A DNA stretch of 28,407 nucleotides from Candidatus Profundicultor aquiphilus (GCA_013314795.1 JABUEZ010000001.1:1-28407), one strand, 5' to 3'. Numbered from the stretch's first letter, positions 8,659 through 18,463 are shown. Notes: generated by a model from the sequence alone, not told the origin. Numbers and translations are program-made.

Positions 8659-9492
8659 TCATTCGCCGGCTGTGGTCAGGCGCATTCCTTCAATAAAGTA
8701 CCGCTGCAACAGCGCAAAAAGGAGAATAGTAGGAACAGACGCCATCAGTGCTCCGGCCATAAGGCTGGGAATGTCGGTTCCTGAACCAGCTCGAAAACCC
8801 TGGAGTTGTGCAAGACCCACCATGATTGGCCGAACACTGGCAGAGCGGGTGAGGACCATTCCAAACATGAGGTCGTTCCATATCCAGGTAAACTGGAAGA
8901 GAAAAAGAACCGCAACGGCCGACCTGGAAAGCGGAAGATATATTTTCCAATAGACCTTAAAATTGGAACACCCATCCAGCTTAGCTGCTTCCAGAACCTC
9001 TCCAGGTAAAGTCAAAAAATAGTTTCGAAAAATAAACGTGCAGAAAGGAATACAAATAGCAATATAAAAAAGGCTCATACCTAAAAAGGTGTCATAAAAA
9101 CCCGTGGAGATATACATCTTGAAAAGAGGAATAAGGTAAATCTGGAAGGGGAAAATGGTTCCACTCCAGATGACGAAAAACCAGCCGAAGGCTCCCTTCA
9201 CTTTCAATCTGGCAATACTGAAAGATGCCAGAGACGAAAGAAATATGGCCCCCCAGGCTCCCAAAAGACCGTAGATAAGACTATTGATAAAATATCTTCC
9301 CAGTTTGGCCTGATTCCAGGCTTTGATCAGGTTAGGGCCGAAAAAGTTCTGAGAAGGCAATTGCCAGAACCTCTGTATTCCAAACTCCTGATTGCTCTTG
9401 AAGGCCAAAAGCACAGTGGGCCAGATGGGAAGAATCCACAAAAACCCAAGCACAATCATTATGGTATAGATAATGAGACTCCTCACTTTCAT
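8659..9492 (-). CDS. Carbohydrate ABC transporter permease (MalG/UgpE-like)
   Basis: Multiple TM helices; EAA loop EVLEAAKLDGCSNFKVYWKIYLPL; FTWIWNDL. Confidence 0.92.
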   Translation of the reverse strand: MKVRSLIIYTIMIVLGFLWILPIWPTVLLAFKSNQEFGIQRFWQLPSQNFFGPNLIKAWNQAKLGRYFINSLIYGLLGAWGAIFLSSLASFSIARLKVKGAFGWFFVIWSGTIFPFQIYLIPLFKMYISTGFYDTFLGMSLFYIAICIPFCTFIFRNYFLTLPGEVLEAAKLDGCSNFKVYWKIYLPLSRSAVAVLFLFQFTWIWNDLMFGMVLTRSASVRPIMVGLAQLQGFRAGSGTDIPSLMAGALMASVPTILLFALLQRYFIEGMRLTTAGE

Positions 9493-9504
9493 AATCCTAT
9501 CTCC

Positions 9505-10368
9505 TCAATAATGAACCTCCCGCTTGGTTACCTCTCGAACGTATATCCAGGAAACAAAAAGAACCACCACCGAGAGAAAAATGGCAATGGCTGCCCCGTA
9601 GCCCATATGGAAAAGCACAAACGACTCCCGAAACATCGACACAGCCAAGGTTTCAGAAGAACGATATGGACCACCATCGGTCATTACATAGATGATATCA
9701 AAGATATTGAAAGAATTGATGAGGCTCATCGCCACCACCACGGTGGTAATGGTTCGAAGCATGGGAAAAACCACATAGCGAAACGTCTGCCACTCGGTGG
9801 CTCCGTCGATTTTGCAGGCTTCAACTGGTTCAGTAGGTATAGTCTGAAGGCCGATGAGGAAAATAACCATATTCATCCCCACCGTTTTCCAGGTCCAGGC
9901 CCAGATCATCGCATAGGTATTCAGGGGTACTTCAGACAGCCAGGAACGGCCTGGAAATCCCAAAAGACGCAACAGCGTATTAACCACTCCAAGATCCGGA
10001 GAGTACATCCACAGCCAGATGAGGCCGGTCGTTACCGCGGAAATGGTCAGGGGAATGTAAAAAAGAGACTTAAACAAATTGGCCAGCCGAATACGGTTGA
10101 CGAAATAAGCAACCAGAAGTCCCAGAAAAACAGAAAAAGCCAGAGTGAAGATAACCCAAATAACGGTATTCCTAAGCGAAGTCAGAAAGACATGATCCCG
10201 GACAAACTGAAAATAATTACCGAAACCGATAAATTTGGGAATACCCAAACCGTCCCACTTGGTAAAGCTCACGACCACGGTGTATCCAGCAGGGATCAAA
10301 AGAAAAATAACCACCATAGCCAGAGCCGGAAGAATAAAAAGATAACTGCTGAGTTTTTCTCCTACCAA
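9505..10368 (-). CDS. Carbohydrate ABC transporter permease (MalF/UgpA-like)
   Basis: YLFILPAL, FIGFGNY, EAA loop EPVEACKIDGATEWQTFRYVVFPML, MTDGGP, MGYGAAIA; TTG start. Confidence 0.92.
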   Translation of the reverse strand: MVGEKLSSYLFILPALAMVVIFLLIPAGYTVVVSFTKWDGLGIPKFIGFGNYFQFVRDHVFLTSLRNTVIWVIFTLAFSVFLGLLVAYFVNRIRLANLFKSLFYIPLTISAVTTGLIWLWMYSPDLGVVNTLLRLLGFPGRSWLSEVPLNTYAMIWAWTWKTVGMNMVIFLIGLQTIPTEPVEACKIDGATEWQTFRYVVFPMLRTITTVVVAMSLINSFNIFDIIYVMTDGGPYRSSETLAVSMFRESFVLFHMGYGAAIAIFLSVVVLFVSWIYVREVTKREVHY

Positions 10369-10388
10369 CTGTATGACCCCCCAGCATT

Positions 10389-10422
10389 AAAAAAAGGGGG
10401 CAAGTACTGCCCCCCTTTTTTT
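10389..10422 (-). terminator. Intercistronic terminator-like hairpin after the sugar-binding protein gene
   Basis: AAAAAAAGGGGGCA-agtac-TGCCCCCTTTTTTT, symmetric with A/T tracts on both sides. Confidence 0.7.
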
Positions 10423-11668
10423 AATGAGAACTCCAATACGTATCAGCAACTTTTTGCAAATCTTCCAGAATCTGGTCCATCTTCCCCGGGTTCAAAATAA
10501 ATTCTGCAAACTTATCGACCGCTTCCTCACAGATATCGGTGGGAGTGGCTTCCCAGAAGCGGTTAATCAAACGATAGTTTTCCTGCGCAACCTGCTTGAC
10601 CACGTTCTGCATGGGCACCGAGAGGAAATCCGTAGAAGTCTTCTTATTAGAAGGAACAAACCCCATGAGCTTACACCACTTGTACTGGGTCTCAGGACTC
10701 ATCCACCAGTCAGCAATCTGCAGCGCCTTTTCCTTGCCAGGGGCGTTTTTCCCCAGAAGCATGGGTGCCGCTTCATAAATAATTACCTTTCCCACCTTGG
10801 GGTCAATGGAAGGAAGGATAAACGCACCCACATCTTCCCCAACCTTAAGCCCCATCTGAATCAATTGACCCTCATACCAGTTTCCAATCAAAATCATGCC
10901 TGCTTTGCCCTGAGCCATAAGACGCGGGTAATCGGCAAAAATGTCTGTAGCAGGATCTGAAAAGTACCCCTTTTCAATCATTTCCTTCCACAGGGCGAAG
11001 ACCTTTTTGACCGGCTCGTCGGTGTACTTTGCTTTACCCACCATCAGGTCAATGTACACATCGGGATTGGTCCGAATCATAAGGTCTTCAAAATAAATGA
11101 AGGTGGGCCATCTTCCCTGAACAGTACTTCCCAGAGGAACAACCCCATTGGCCTTCAGGACGTCGCAAATTTTGATAAACTCTTCCCAGGTTTTGGGTTC
11201 CTCCAGCCCAAATTTTTTGAACACCGGAATACTGTAGTAGACAACCCAGTACGCAAGTTTGGTGGGCACACCGTAAACCTTTCCGTCAAACTCGAACGCG
11301 TCCCTGAACGCCGGGTCGTACTCATCCTTATGTTTTTCCCACAGAGCCGTCACGTCTTCCACAAGTCCGGTATCCACCAGGGGTTTCATGCGAAAATCCG
11401 ACCACCAGGTGAAGAGTTCCGGCGCCTTACCGGTAGGTAAAGCCGTCCTTACCGCAGACATGAATACATCCGTAGTGGGAAAAGGGGTCGGGGTAAACTC
11501 AATTCCCAGTTCCTCAGCACAGATTTTGGCCATTTCGGTAAACGGTGTCTGCCAGTCGGGTGCGCCCCCCTTATCGTGCATCAGAACAATTTCCTGTGCC
11601 CAGAGTTGAAACTGCAAAGCAAAAACGCCCAGAGTAACCACAACCACAAGCCACCAGAGTTTTTTCAC
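10421..11668 (-). CDS. Extracellular solute-binding protein, family 1 (carbohydrate ABC transporter)
   Basis: Start reassigned to GTG 11668 (SD GGGAGGGA). Signal peptide MKKLWWLVVVVTLGVFALQFQLWA; DGKVYGVP, YSIPVFKKFGLEEPKTWEEF, GKAGMILIGNW. Upstream of two permeases; no ATPase in the cluster. Confidence 0.92.
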   Translation of the reverse strand: MKKLWWLVVVVTLGVFALQFQLWAQEIVLMHDKGGAPDWQTPFTEMAKICAEELGIEFTPTPFPTTDVFMSAVRTALPTGKAPELFTWWSDFRMKPLVDTGLVEDVTALWEKHKDEYDPAFRDAFEFDGKVYGVPTKLAYWVVYYSIPVFKKFGLEEPKTWEEFIKICDVLKANGVVPLGSTVQGRWPTFIYFEDLMIRTNPDVYIDLMVGKAKYTDEPVKKVFALWKEMIEKGYFSDPATDIFADYPRLMAQGKAGMILIGNWYEGQLIQMGLKVGEDVGAFILPSIDPKVGKVIIYEAAPMLLGKNAPGKEKALQIADWWMSPETQYKWCKLMGFVPSNKKTSTDFLSVPMQNVVKQVAQENYRLINRFWEATPTDICEEAVDKFAEFILNPGKMDQILEDLQKVADTYWSSH

Positions 11669-11882
11669 GAAAATCCCTCCCAAAACAGATTTTTGGAAAA
11701 GTAACTACATCAATTATAAGATAAGGAAACCAATAAAATACAGTTTTTTCATTTTCTATTCTTCTCCAAAAGGAGATTTTGTGGTTTCTCTGTGACATTT
11801 CCCTTGAAGCCGGTGCCATTTTACAGTATGGTAGAGTTTTTACCAGGGAAAAGCGCAAAAAGGACCCACCATCTATGGCTAT

Positions 11883-11911
11883 TTGACTTTCTCTCTCCCT
11901 TCCCTTACAAT
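11883..11911 (+). promoter_or_regulatory. Sigma70-type promoter of the ior operon
   Basis: TTGACT (11883-11888), 17 nt, TACAAT (11906-11911), followed by SD CAGGAGG and TTG at 11942. Confidence 0.7.
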
Positions 11912-11941
11912 CCAGAAAAAACCTGCAGGAGGTTACCATCT

Positions 11942-13681
11942 TTGGAGAGAGAAAAAACCCAAAGAAAGATCATGCTTGGTAATGAAGCTTTTGCCCGGGG
12001 TGCTTATGAAGGTGGAGTAGAGGTTGCTGCCGGTTACCCCGGCACACCGAGTACCGAGATTCTTGAATTCCTCAGCAAGTATTCCACCGTTCATTCCCGA
12101 TGGTGTCCAAATGAGAAGGTTGCTTTTGAAGTTGCTGCTGGAGCTGCCATCGGAGGAAGAAGGGGCCTGGCGACCATGAAACATGTGGGATTAAACGTTG
12201 CCAGCGACGCCCTGATGACTCTGGCCTATACCGGGGTTAACGCCGGATTTGTTTGCATCGTAGCCGATGACCCGGGAATGCATTCTTCCCAAAATGAACA
12301 GGATTCTCGAAATTACGCCCTTTTCGCCAAGGTGCCCCATCTTGAACCGGCCAACAGTCAGGAAGCATTGACCTTTACCCGCCTGGCATTCACCATTTCA
12401 GAAGAATTCGATACCCCGGTGCTCATTCGTTCCACCACCCGGGTTTCACACAGTCGGGGTGTGGTGGAAGTCGGAGAACGAGAAACAGTTCCGGTACGAC
12501 CGTACCAAAAGTGTGCTCCAAAATTTGTGATGATTCCAGCTTTTGCCCGCGAACGACGAAAAGTTCTGGAAGAACGGATCAAGAAGCTCCAGCAATGGGT
12601 CGAAGAAACTCCCCTCAATCAAGCAGAACTTCGTGATTCGTCCCTGGGAATCGTCACGGGGGGAGTACTCTACGATTACCTCCGGGAGGTTGCCCCATCG
12701 GTTTCCATCTTCAAATTAGGGGTTGGATATCCGCTTCCGGTACAAAAAATCCGGGAATTTGCTCGTAAGGTAGAGCGACTCATTGTCCTTGAGGAACTCG
12801 ATCCCGTCTGGGAAAGAGAACTTAAGGCTCTGGGGATACCAGTTGAGGGACGAAGTGTGTTTCCCGGCATCGGTGAAATTACACCGGATATCATTATCGA
12901 ATGTCTATTTCCCGAAAAGAAAAAAGAATACGTGGAAGTGAAAGAATATCTTCCCCGCCCACCGGTTCTCTGCGCAGGTTGCCCGCATCGCGGTGTTTTT
13001 AAAGTTCTGAAAGACCTGAGTGCCACAGTTTGCGGTGATATCGGCTGCTACACTTTGGGGACCTTGCCACCTCTTTCCTCCATGGACACCTGTATCTGCA
13101 TGGGTGCTTCCATTTCCGTGGCCGAGGGCATCAAACTTGCTCATCCTGAGCTTCCAGTGGTGGCCGTTCTCGGCGATTCAACTTTCATCCACGCCGGCAT
13201 TCCACCACTTATTGACGCCGTATACAACAAAACTCCTATCCTGGTCCTTATCCTTGACAATGGTACCACGGCGATGACCGGCGGACAGGATCACCCCGCC
13301 ACCGGGAAAACCCTCTCCGGAGAAGATACTGTGCGTCTCGACTTTCTGGCTCTGGGACAGGCCATCGGGGTTCCCCGAGTCGAACGAGTTAACGCCTACC
13401 ACATCGAAAAATTACGCACGCTCCTTCAGGAAGCTCTCGCTGCCAAGCATCCTACCCTCCTCGTTGTCGAGGGATTGTGTCAGCTCAAAAAGAAACACCG
13501 CGGCACCCCCCTTGCTATACAGGATATGTTCTGTCTTCTCTGCGGCCTATGCGCCAGCACCGGCTGTCCAGCCATCGAAAAAGGCGATGTGATCCGTATT
13601 ACTTTCGAACGTTGTGCCGGATGCGGAATCTGCGCCGATCTTTGTCCTTTTGAAGCCATCGAGGAGGTGAAAACACCATGA
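11942..13681 (+). CDS. iorA: Indolepyruvate:ferredoxin oxidoreductase subunit alpha
   Basis: MLGNEAFARG, GYPGTPSTEI, MKHVGLNVASD, DDPGMHSSQNEQDSR, RPPVLCAGCPHR, GDIGCYTLG, GDSTFIHAG, LDNGTTAMTGGQDHP, and two C-terminal CxxCxxC ferredoxin motifs. Start moved to TTG 11942. Confidence 0.95.
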   Translation: MEREKTQRKIMLGNEAFARGAYEGGVEVAAGYPGTPSTEILEFLSKYSTVHSRWCPNEKVAFEVAAGAAIGGRRGLATMKHVGLNVASDALMTLAYTGVNAGFVCIVADDPGMHSSQNEQDSRNYALFAKVPHLEPANSQEALTFTRLAFTISEEFDTPVLIRSTTRVSHSRGVVEVGERETVPVRPYQKCAPKFVMIPAFARERRKVLEERIKKLQQWVEETPLNQAELRDSSLGIVTGGVLYDYLREVAPSVSIFKLGVGYPLPVQKIREFARKVERLIVLEELDPVWERELKALGIPVEGRSVFPGIGEITPDIIIECLFPEKKKEYVEVKEYLPRPPVLCAGCPHRGVFKVLKDLSATVCGDIGCYTLGTLPPLSSMDTCICMGASISVAEGIKLAHPELPVVAVLGDSTFIHAGIPPLIDAVYNKTPILVLILDNGTTAMTGGQDHPATGKTLSGEDTVRLDFLALGQAIGVPRVERVNAYHIEKLRTLLQEALAAKHPTLLVVEGLCQLKKKHRGTPLAIQDMFCLLCGLCASTGCPAIEKGDVIRITFERCAGCGICADLCPFEAIEEVKTP

Positions 13682-14256
13682 GGGGGAGTTTGATTCTCTG
13701 TGGGGTCGGAGGAATGGGAATTCTCAAAGCAAGCGAAATTATTGCTGAAGTTCTCCTTCAGAGCGGATTCCTGGTGCGACAGTCCGAAGTCCACGGTATG
13801 GCCCAGCGCGGCGGAAGTGTCGTCACCCATCTCCGTTTTGGGAATGAAGCATATGCTCCACTTCTTGCCAGGGGTGAAGCAGACTTCATGCTTGCCTTTG
13901 AAGAAATGGAAGCATTACGCTATCTTCCCTACCTCAAAAAAGGTGGCACGGTCCTTCTCAACACTGTCCGCATGTGTCCACCTGGAATCGAAATGAAACG
14001 ATACCCTCAAGCAACTGTCGACATACTCAAAACACATGGATTTACTGTGATTCCTCTCAATGCTACCGAAATCAGCCTCCAGATTGGTGACATTCGCACC
14101 ACGAATATTGTACTCCTGGGAGGATTTAGCACCATTTTCCCTATTAACGATCCCGATATCTGGAAAAAAGCCATCGAGAAGGCACTAGCCGGAAAAAACC
14201 TCCCCAAAAATTTCCTTGCTTTCGAGGAGGGCAGACGGTGCGTCGAGTCTCTGTAA
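13678..14256 (+). CDS. iorB: Indolepyruvate:ferredoxin oxidoreductase subunit beta
   Basis: CGVGGMGIL, SEVHGMAQRGGSVVTHLRFG, EEMEALRY, TNIVLLG; ATGA overlap with iorA. Confidence 0.95.
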   Translation: MRGSLILCGVGGMGILKASEIIAEVLLQSGFLVRQSEVHGMAQRGGSVVTHLRFGNEAYAPLLARGEADFMLAFEEMEALRYLPYLKKGGTVLLNTVRMCPPGIEMKRYPQATVDILKTHGFTVIPLNATEISLQIGDIRTTNIVLLGGFSTIFPINDPDIWKKAIEKALAGKNLPKNFLAFEEGRRCVESL

Positions 14257-15407
14257 TTCTTGCTGGGATTACCATCCTCATTTGCCTGGGAACAGTGTAC
14301 TCTTACAGCGTGTTTCGGGTGTCTTTTGAACAAACACTTGGTATCAATGCTGTCCAGAGTGGTCTCCCGTATATGCTTGCCCTCTTTTTTTACGCTTTTT
14401 TCATGCCTATCAGCGGTAGGTTTGCGAACCGCTTCCCCCCACACTGGATAAGTATCGCCGGGGGAAGTCTCATGAGTTTGGGATGGATTTTGGCAAGTGT
14501 TTCTCCTTCTCTCCTTTCACTGGTTCTTTTCTACGGCGTCCTGGGAGGAACCGGGGTGGGTATCGCTTATGGAATGCCGCTTATTGTAGCGACCCGCGCG
14601 TTCCCAGAAAAGCCTGGATTTGCCCTTGGCGCAACGGTGATTGGCTTCGGCCTTTCTCCTTTGATTACGGCACCACTTGTCCGATATCTTACCCACTCTC
14701 ACGGGCCATTTTTTGCTCTCCGAGTCATGGGAATTGCGTTCTGGATTACTACCGTTACGCTTTCCCTTTTCCTACGTTTCCAATCCCCATCGGTTGCCTC
14801 TCACAATCCACACTCCAGCCCAACCACAAGAGTCACTACCTTCAAGACCCAAAAATTCTGGCTGCTCTGGTTTTTCTTTTTCATCGGAACGTTTGTCGGA
14901 CTGACGACCATCGGCATGACAACATCCATCGCCCGAGAAATCGTTGGACTCACACATCAAACGGCTACCTTAAGCGTTTCCTTATTTGCCCTTTTCAACG
15001 GCCTGAGTCGACCTCTTTTCGGTTACCTTGTCGACCATTACCCTTTTCGAATCGTCGCATCTCTCTCGTACTTCCTCCTTTCTCTGGGTCTCCTGTTCTT
15101 TCTTCTTTTCCCAAACCAACCTCTTGTGTACTTTTTCAGCATAGCCCTCCTGTGGATGAACCTGGGAGCCTGGCTGGCAATAGCGCCATCGGCAACACTG
15201 CGCTTCTTTGGAGCAGAGACCTACGCCCAGAATTACGGTCTTCTTTTTACCGCTTACGGCGCTTCTGCACTGAGTGGAACATTTTTTTCGAGCCTTCTGC
15301 GCGACCTCACCGGAAGCTACATGACGATTTTTCTCGTTAATCTCTTGCTTGTATTATTGGGTTTTAGCTTCCTCTGGACTTTCCTGAAGGAGGGCCAACA
15401 CCCGTGA
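14238..15407 (+). CDS. MFS transporter, OFA (OxlT/monocarboxylate-like) family
   Basis: About 12 TMs; GTVYSYSVF, GTGVGIAYGMP, FPEKPGFALG...GFGLS, FNGLSRPLFGYLVD, NYGLLFTAYG. Confidence 0.88.
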   Translation: MRRVSVILAGITILICLGTVYSYSVFRVSFEQTLGINAVQSGLPYMLALFFYAFFMPISGRFANRFPPHWISIAGGSLMSLGWILASVSPSLLSLVLFYGVLGGTGVGIAYGMPLIVATRAFPEKPGFALGATVIGFGLSPLITAPLVRYLTHSHGPFFALRVMGIAFWITTVTLSLFLRFQSPSVASHNPHSSPTTRVTTFKTQKFWLLWFFFFIGTFVGLTTIGMTTSIAREIVGLTHQTATLSVSLFALFNGLSRPLFGYLVDHYPFRIVASLSYFLLSLGLLFFLLFPNQPLVYFFSIALLWMNLGAWLAIAPSATLRFFGAETYAQNYGLLFTAYGASALSGTFFSSLLRDLTGSYMTIFLVNLLLVLLGFSFLWTFLKEGQHP

Positions 15408-16609
15408 ATCCAGTACAAAAAGCCTGGACGGTAGTCATCGCTGGTTTTGGCGTCAATCTTACCTTAGGGTTTCTCTATTCCTGGGGAGTCATCGCCTCAG
15501 CACTCTCCGACCAACTGGGATGGAGCGCAATTCAAACCCAGATCCCGTACATGGTCGCATCGATCACGTTTGCCCTTTCCATGATTCCAGGGGGACGTAT
15601 TCAGGACCGCAAAGGCCCCAGCGTTCCACTCTGGCTTGCCAGCGCCCTGGCCGGAACGGGTTTTTTTCTGGCTTCCCGCTCTCTGAATGTTGCCGGATTA
15701 ACTCTTTTCTTCGGAATATTCTTCGGTCTGGCAATGGGTTTCGGGTATGCCGCTCCCACCCCCGCAGCAGTAAAATGGTTCCATCCTCAAAACCGGGGGC
15801 TTATTTCTGGAATTGTGGTTAGCGGCTACGGCCTGGCTCCCATCTACATTGCGCCCCTTTCCCATTTCCTGCTTTCCCACTACGGTATCGAGGGTACGTT
15901 TATTATCTTCAGCCTCCTTCTCACTGGTATTCTCTTCACATTGTCATTCCTGATTACCAACCCTCCACCAGCTTTCTCTCCAATAACTATTTCTTTTGGC
16001 CGAAAAGTTCCCCTGGCAACTGCCAGGGATTATTCCGTTACCGAAATGATCCATACCAGAACTTTCCTGAAACTGTGGGTTCTATTTTTTCTGGGCACCT
16101 TCTCGGGTCTTCTTGTCATCGGTCAGATGTCAAAGATTGCCCAGGAAGTGGCAGGCATCGAACAGGGATTTCTTTTGGTAATGGTTTATGCCCTGGCCAA
16201 TTTCCTGGGACGTCTGAGCTGGGGTTCTCTTTCTGACCGTATCGGGAGAACCAAATCACTCCTTTTCACCTTTGCCATCCAGGCCGGAATCTTTTTCGTT
16301 TTCGAACGAATGACCAATCCTGTTTTATTATTCCTTGCGAAATCCTGTGTTGGCTTTACTTTCGGAGGTATGTTGGCTCTATTTCCCGTCCTCTGCGCCG
16401 ATTCCTTTGGCCTCAAAAACTTAGGACTCAATTACGGCATCCTCTTCACAGCCTGGGGGGCAGGTGGTGTGATTGGTCCATTCATCGGAGGCCTTTCCCG
16501 AGATCTCACCGGTGGTCACACCTTAAGCTTTTTCATCTCCGGATGTGCCAGCGTTCTGGGAATCGTCCTGAGTGTTTTACTTCCATCAAAAACTCACCAA
16601 GTGAAATAA
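15404..16609 (+). CDS. MFS transporter, OFA family (second paralogue)
   Basis: GFLYSWGV, GGRIQDRKGP, GYAAPTPAAVKWF...RGLISGIVVSGYGL, NFLGRLSWGSLSDRIGR, FGLKNLGLNYGILFTAWG. Confidence 0.9.
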   Translation: MNPVQKAWTVVIAGFGVNLTLGFLYSWGVIASALSDQLGWSAIQTQIPYMVASITFALSMIPGGRIQDRKGPSVPLWLASALAGTGFFLASRSLNVAGLTLFFGIFFGLAMGFGYAAPTPAAVKWFHPQNRGLISGIVVSGYGLAPIYIAPLSHFLLSHYGIEGTFIIFSLLLTGILFTLSFLITNPPPAFSPITISFGRKVPLATARDYSVTEMIHTRTFLKLWVLFFLGTFSGLLVIGQMSKIAQEVAGIEQGFLLVMVYALANFLGRLSWGSLSDRIGRTKSLLFTFAIQAGIFFVFERMTNPVLLFLAKSCVGFTFGGMLALFPVLCADSFGLKNLGLNYGILFTAWGAGGVIGPFIGGLSRDLTGGHTLSFFISGCASVLGIVLSVLLPSKTHQVK

Positions 16610-16634
16610 CTTTTACCGGGGAGGTGAATAACCT

Positions 16635-18407
16635 ATGCCGATTTCTCGGGCAATCAAGCCAAACATGAAATGGATTTTCTTCCTATCCTTCTTTATTGGG
16701 ATGTGGTTTGTGTGGCAAGGCTTCGTGGTGGCATCCCCTCCCATTCGCGGGGTATGGATAGACACGAAAAGCATCCCCACAACCCGAGAAAGTATCACTG
16801 CCATAATCGAACGTCTCCAAGAAGCTCACTTCAATGCGATTTTTCTGGAATCGTTTTATAACGGCAAAACCGTTTATCCTTCTCAGTTCCTGGCGTCTTT
16901 GGGTCTTTCTCCCCAGATGGACATCTTCGCCCGGAGTGAGATTGATCCCCTACAAATTTTCCTTGAAGAAGCCCATAAGCGAGGAATGGAAATCCATGCC
17001 TGGATGCACATATTCTATATCAGTCGCAATGAACCGGGAGAACTCCTTACCCATTTTCCTCACTGGGCCGTGGTCAGTAAAGACGGAAAACCCGGTTACC
17101 AGAGCGGGACAAACTTTCTTTACTGGCTATGCCCCTTAGAAGAAGAGGTGCAGAATTTTTATCACAAGCTCCTGGAAGAACTGGCTGACCGGTATCCTCT
17201 CGATGGTATCCAGTTTGACTACTACCGTTTCCCCGAACCGACCCTTGCCGACACCTGTTACGCTGAAAAGCACCGCCGTGCCCTTCTGAAACAGTACGGC
17301 GTTGACCCAATAACCATCGATCCCCTCAAGGATGGAGATCTCAGCCAGGCCTGGATTCAATTCCGGGCAGATGGTTTGACCGAATTCACCCGTACCCTTA
17401 CCACAAACCTTAAAAAGAATCACCCCCAGATACGCCTTTCCTGTGCCGTGAAACCCCTGGGATTCCCTATAAAGCGGTATCCCGGATCGCTACAGGACTG
17501 GCCTCGCTGGGCTGAGGAAAATCTTTTCGATTTCCTTGTACCCATGACCTATAGTTCTCGCCCGGCAGAATTCGAGGGAATGCTTCTCTGGATAAGAACC
17601 TTCGCGCCTCATACGCCTCTCCTGGCCGGAATCTGGACCATGAATCTCAATACCTCCACCATTCTCGAAGAGATCGAACGAGCAAAACAGTATCCCTTAT
17701 CAGGGCTAGTATTCTTTGCCTATCCTTATCTTACCGACGAAATCATGAAAGCCCTATCACAGCGTGAACCATACGAACACGAAGCTCGAACCATCCCTTC
17801 AGTTTCTTTTTACCGGGAAAATGCTCGCACCATCAAAGCTTCCTTCACCCAGGAACCTATCGCCGTGGATGGAAAACTGGATGAACCCACCTGGCAGAAA
17901 ATTCTTTTCCAAAACCAGTTTACCCTCCTCAGCGGTGGCCCAAGCGAAAAGAAGACCGAAGTCGCCGTACAGTATGATGAAACCAAACTCTATTTCGCCA
18001 TTCGAATGGAAGATTTTCCAGAACGGCCGCTTCGCTTTGGGACAAGAGACGAACCGGTGTTCTACGAAGACTCAGCGGAAATTTATCTCGATCCCTTTGG
18101 CAACGAAGGCATTTTTTACCAGCTGGCCATAAATGGTAATGGAGGAATTTATGATTCCTTTTCCCTCACCGGACCTTCCTGGAACGGCAACTGGGAAATA
18201 GGCGTGGAACGCACCGGAAGTACCCTCACCATGGAAGTCGCCATCCCTTTTGCGGAACTTAAGGTGCAAAAACCAGAACCAGGGAGTACCTGGGGTATTA
18301 ACTTCTATCGAAATGAACCACAGGATGGACTGTTCAGTGCTTTCTCTCCTGTTCCAGGGGTATACCCTGCAGTGACACTCCTGGGAAAGCTGCGGTTCGA
18401 AAAATAG
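16635..18407 (+). CDS. GHL10 (DUF187) glycoside hydrolase-like protein with a C-terminal CBM9-like domain
   Basis: IRGVWID, DPLQIFLEEAHKRGMEIHAW, YPLDGIQFDYYRFP, QDWPRW...DFLVPMTY (GHL10). Then AVDGKLDEPTW, QYDETKLYFAIRMED, EDSAEIYLDP, LTMEVAIPFAEL, WGINFYR (CBM9-like). Hydrophobic N-terminus. Confidence 0.85.
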   Translation: MPISRAIKPNMKWIFFLSFFIGMWFVWQGFVVASPPIRGVWIDTKSIPTTRESITAIIERLQEAHFNAIFLESFYNGKTVYPSQFLASLGLSPQMDIFARSEIDPLQIFLEEAHKRGMEIHAWMHIFYISRNEPGELLTHFPHWAVVSKDGKPGYQSGTNFLYWLCPLEEEVQNFYHKLLEELADRYPLDGIQFDYYRFPEPTLADTCYAEKHRRALLKQYGVDPITIDPLKDGDLSQAWIQFRADGLTEFTRTLTTNLKKNHPQIRLSCAVKPLGFPIKRYPGSLQDWPRWAEENLFDFLVPMTYSSRPAEFEGMLLWIRTFAPHTPLLAGIWTMNLNTSTILEEIERAKQYPLSGLVFFAYPYLTDEIMKALSQREPYEHEARTIPSVSFYRENARTIKASFTQEPIAVDGKLDEPTWQKILFQNQFTLLSGGPSEKKTEVAVQYDETKLYFAIRMEDFPERPLRFGTRDEPVFYEDSAEIYLDPFGNEGIFYQLAINGNGGIYDSFSLTGPSWNGNWEIGVERTGSTLTMEVAIPFAELKVQKPEPGSTWGINFYRNEPQDGLFSAFSPVPGVYPAVTLLGKLRFEK

Positions 18408-18410
18408 CCC

Positions 18411-18463
18411 ATAAAACACCTATGGGGAGTTACCTTTAGCGGGAAGGTAACTCCCCATAGGTG
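18411..18463 (-). terminator. Intrinsic terminator with a perfect 20-bp stem
   Basis: CACCTATGGGGAGTTACCTT (18417-18436), 7-nt loop, AAGGTAACTCCCCATAGGTG (18444-18463). Followed by UUUUAU on the minus strand only. Confidence 0.75.

Noticed and set aside
9361-10500. 379-aa plus-strand ORF
   Set aside because: Antisense shadow of the two sugar permeases; no recognisable motifs.
11792-11941. N-terminal extension of IorA
   Set aside because: Contains the promoter (11883-11911); SD plus TTG at 11942 fits the family start.
14483-15340. 285-aa alternative-frame ORF
   Set aside because: Same-strand off-frame overlap of the first MFS gene; composition is not protein-like.
18417-18463. 20-bp inverted repeat as a MITE or REP element
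   Set aside because: Single copy in the window, no target-site duplication or transposase; the U-tract favours a terminator.
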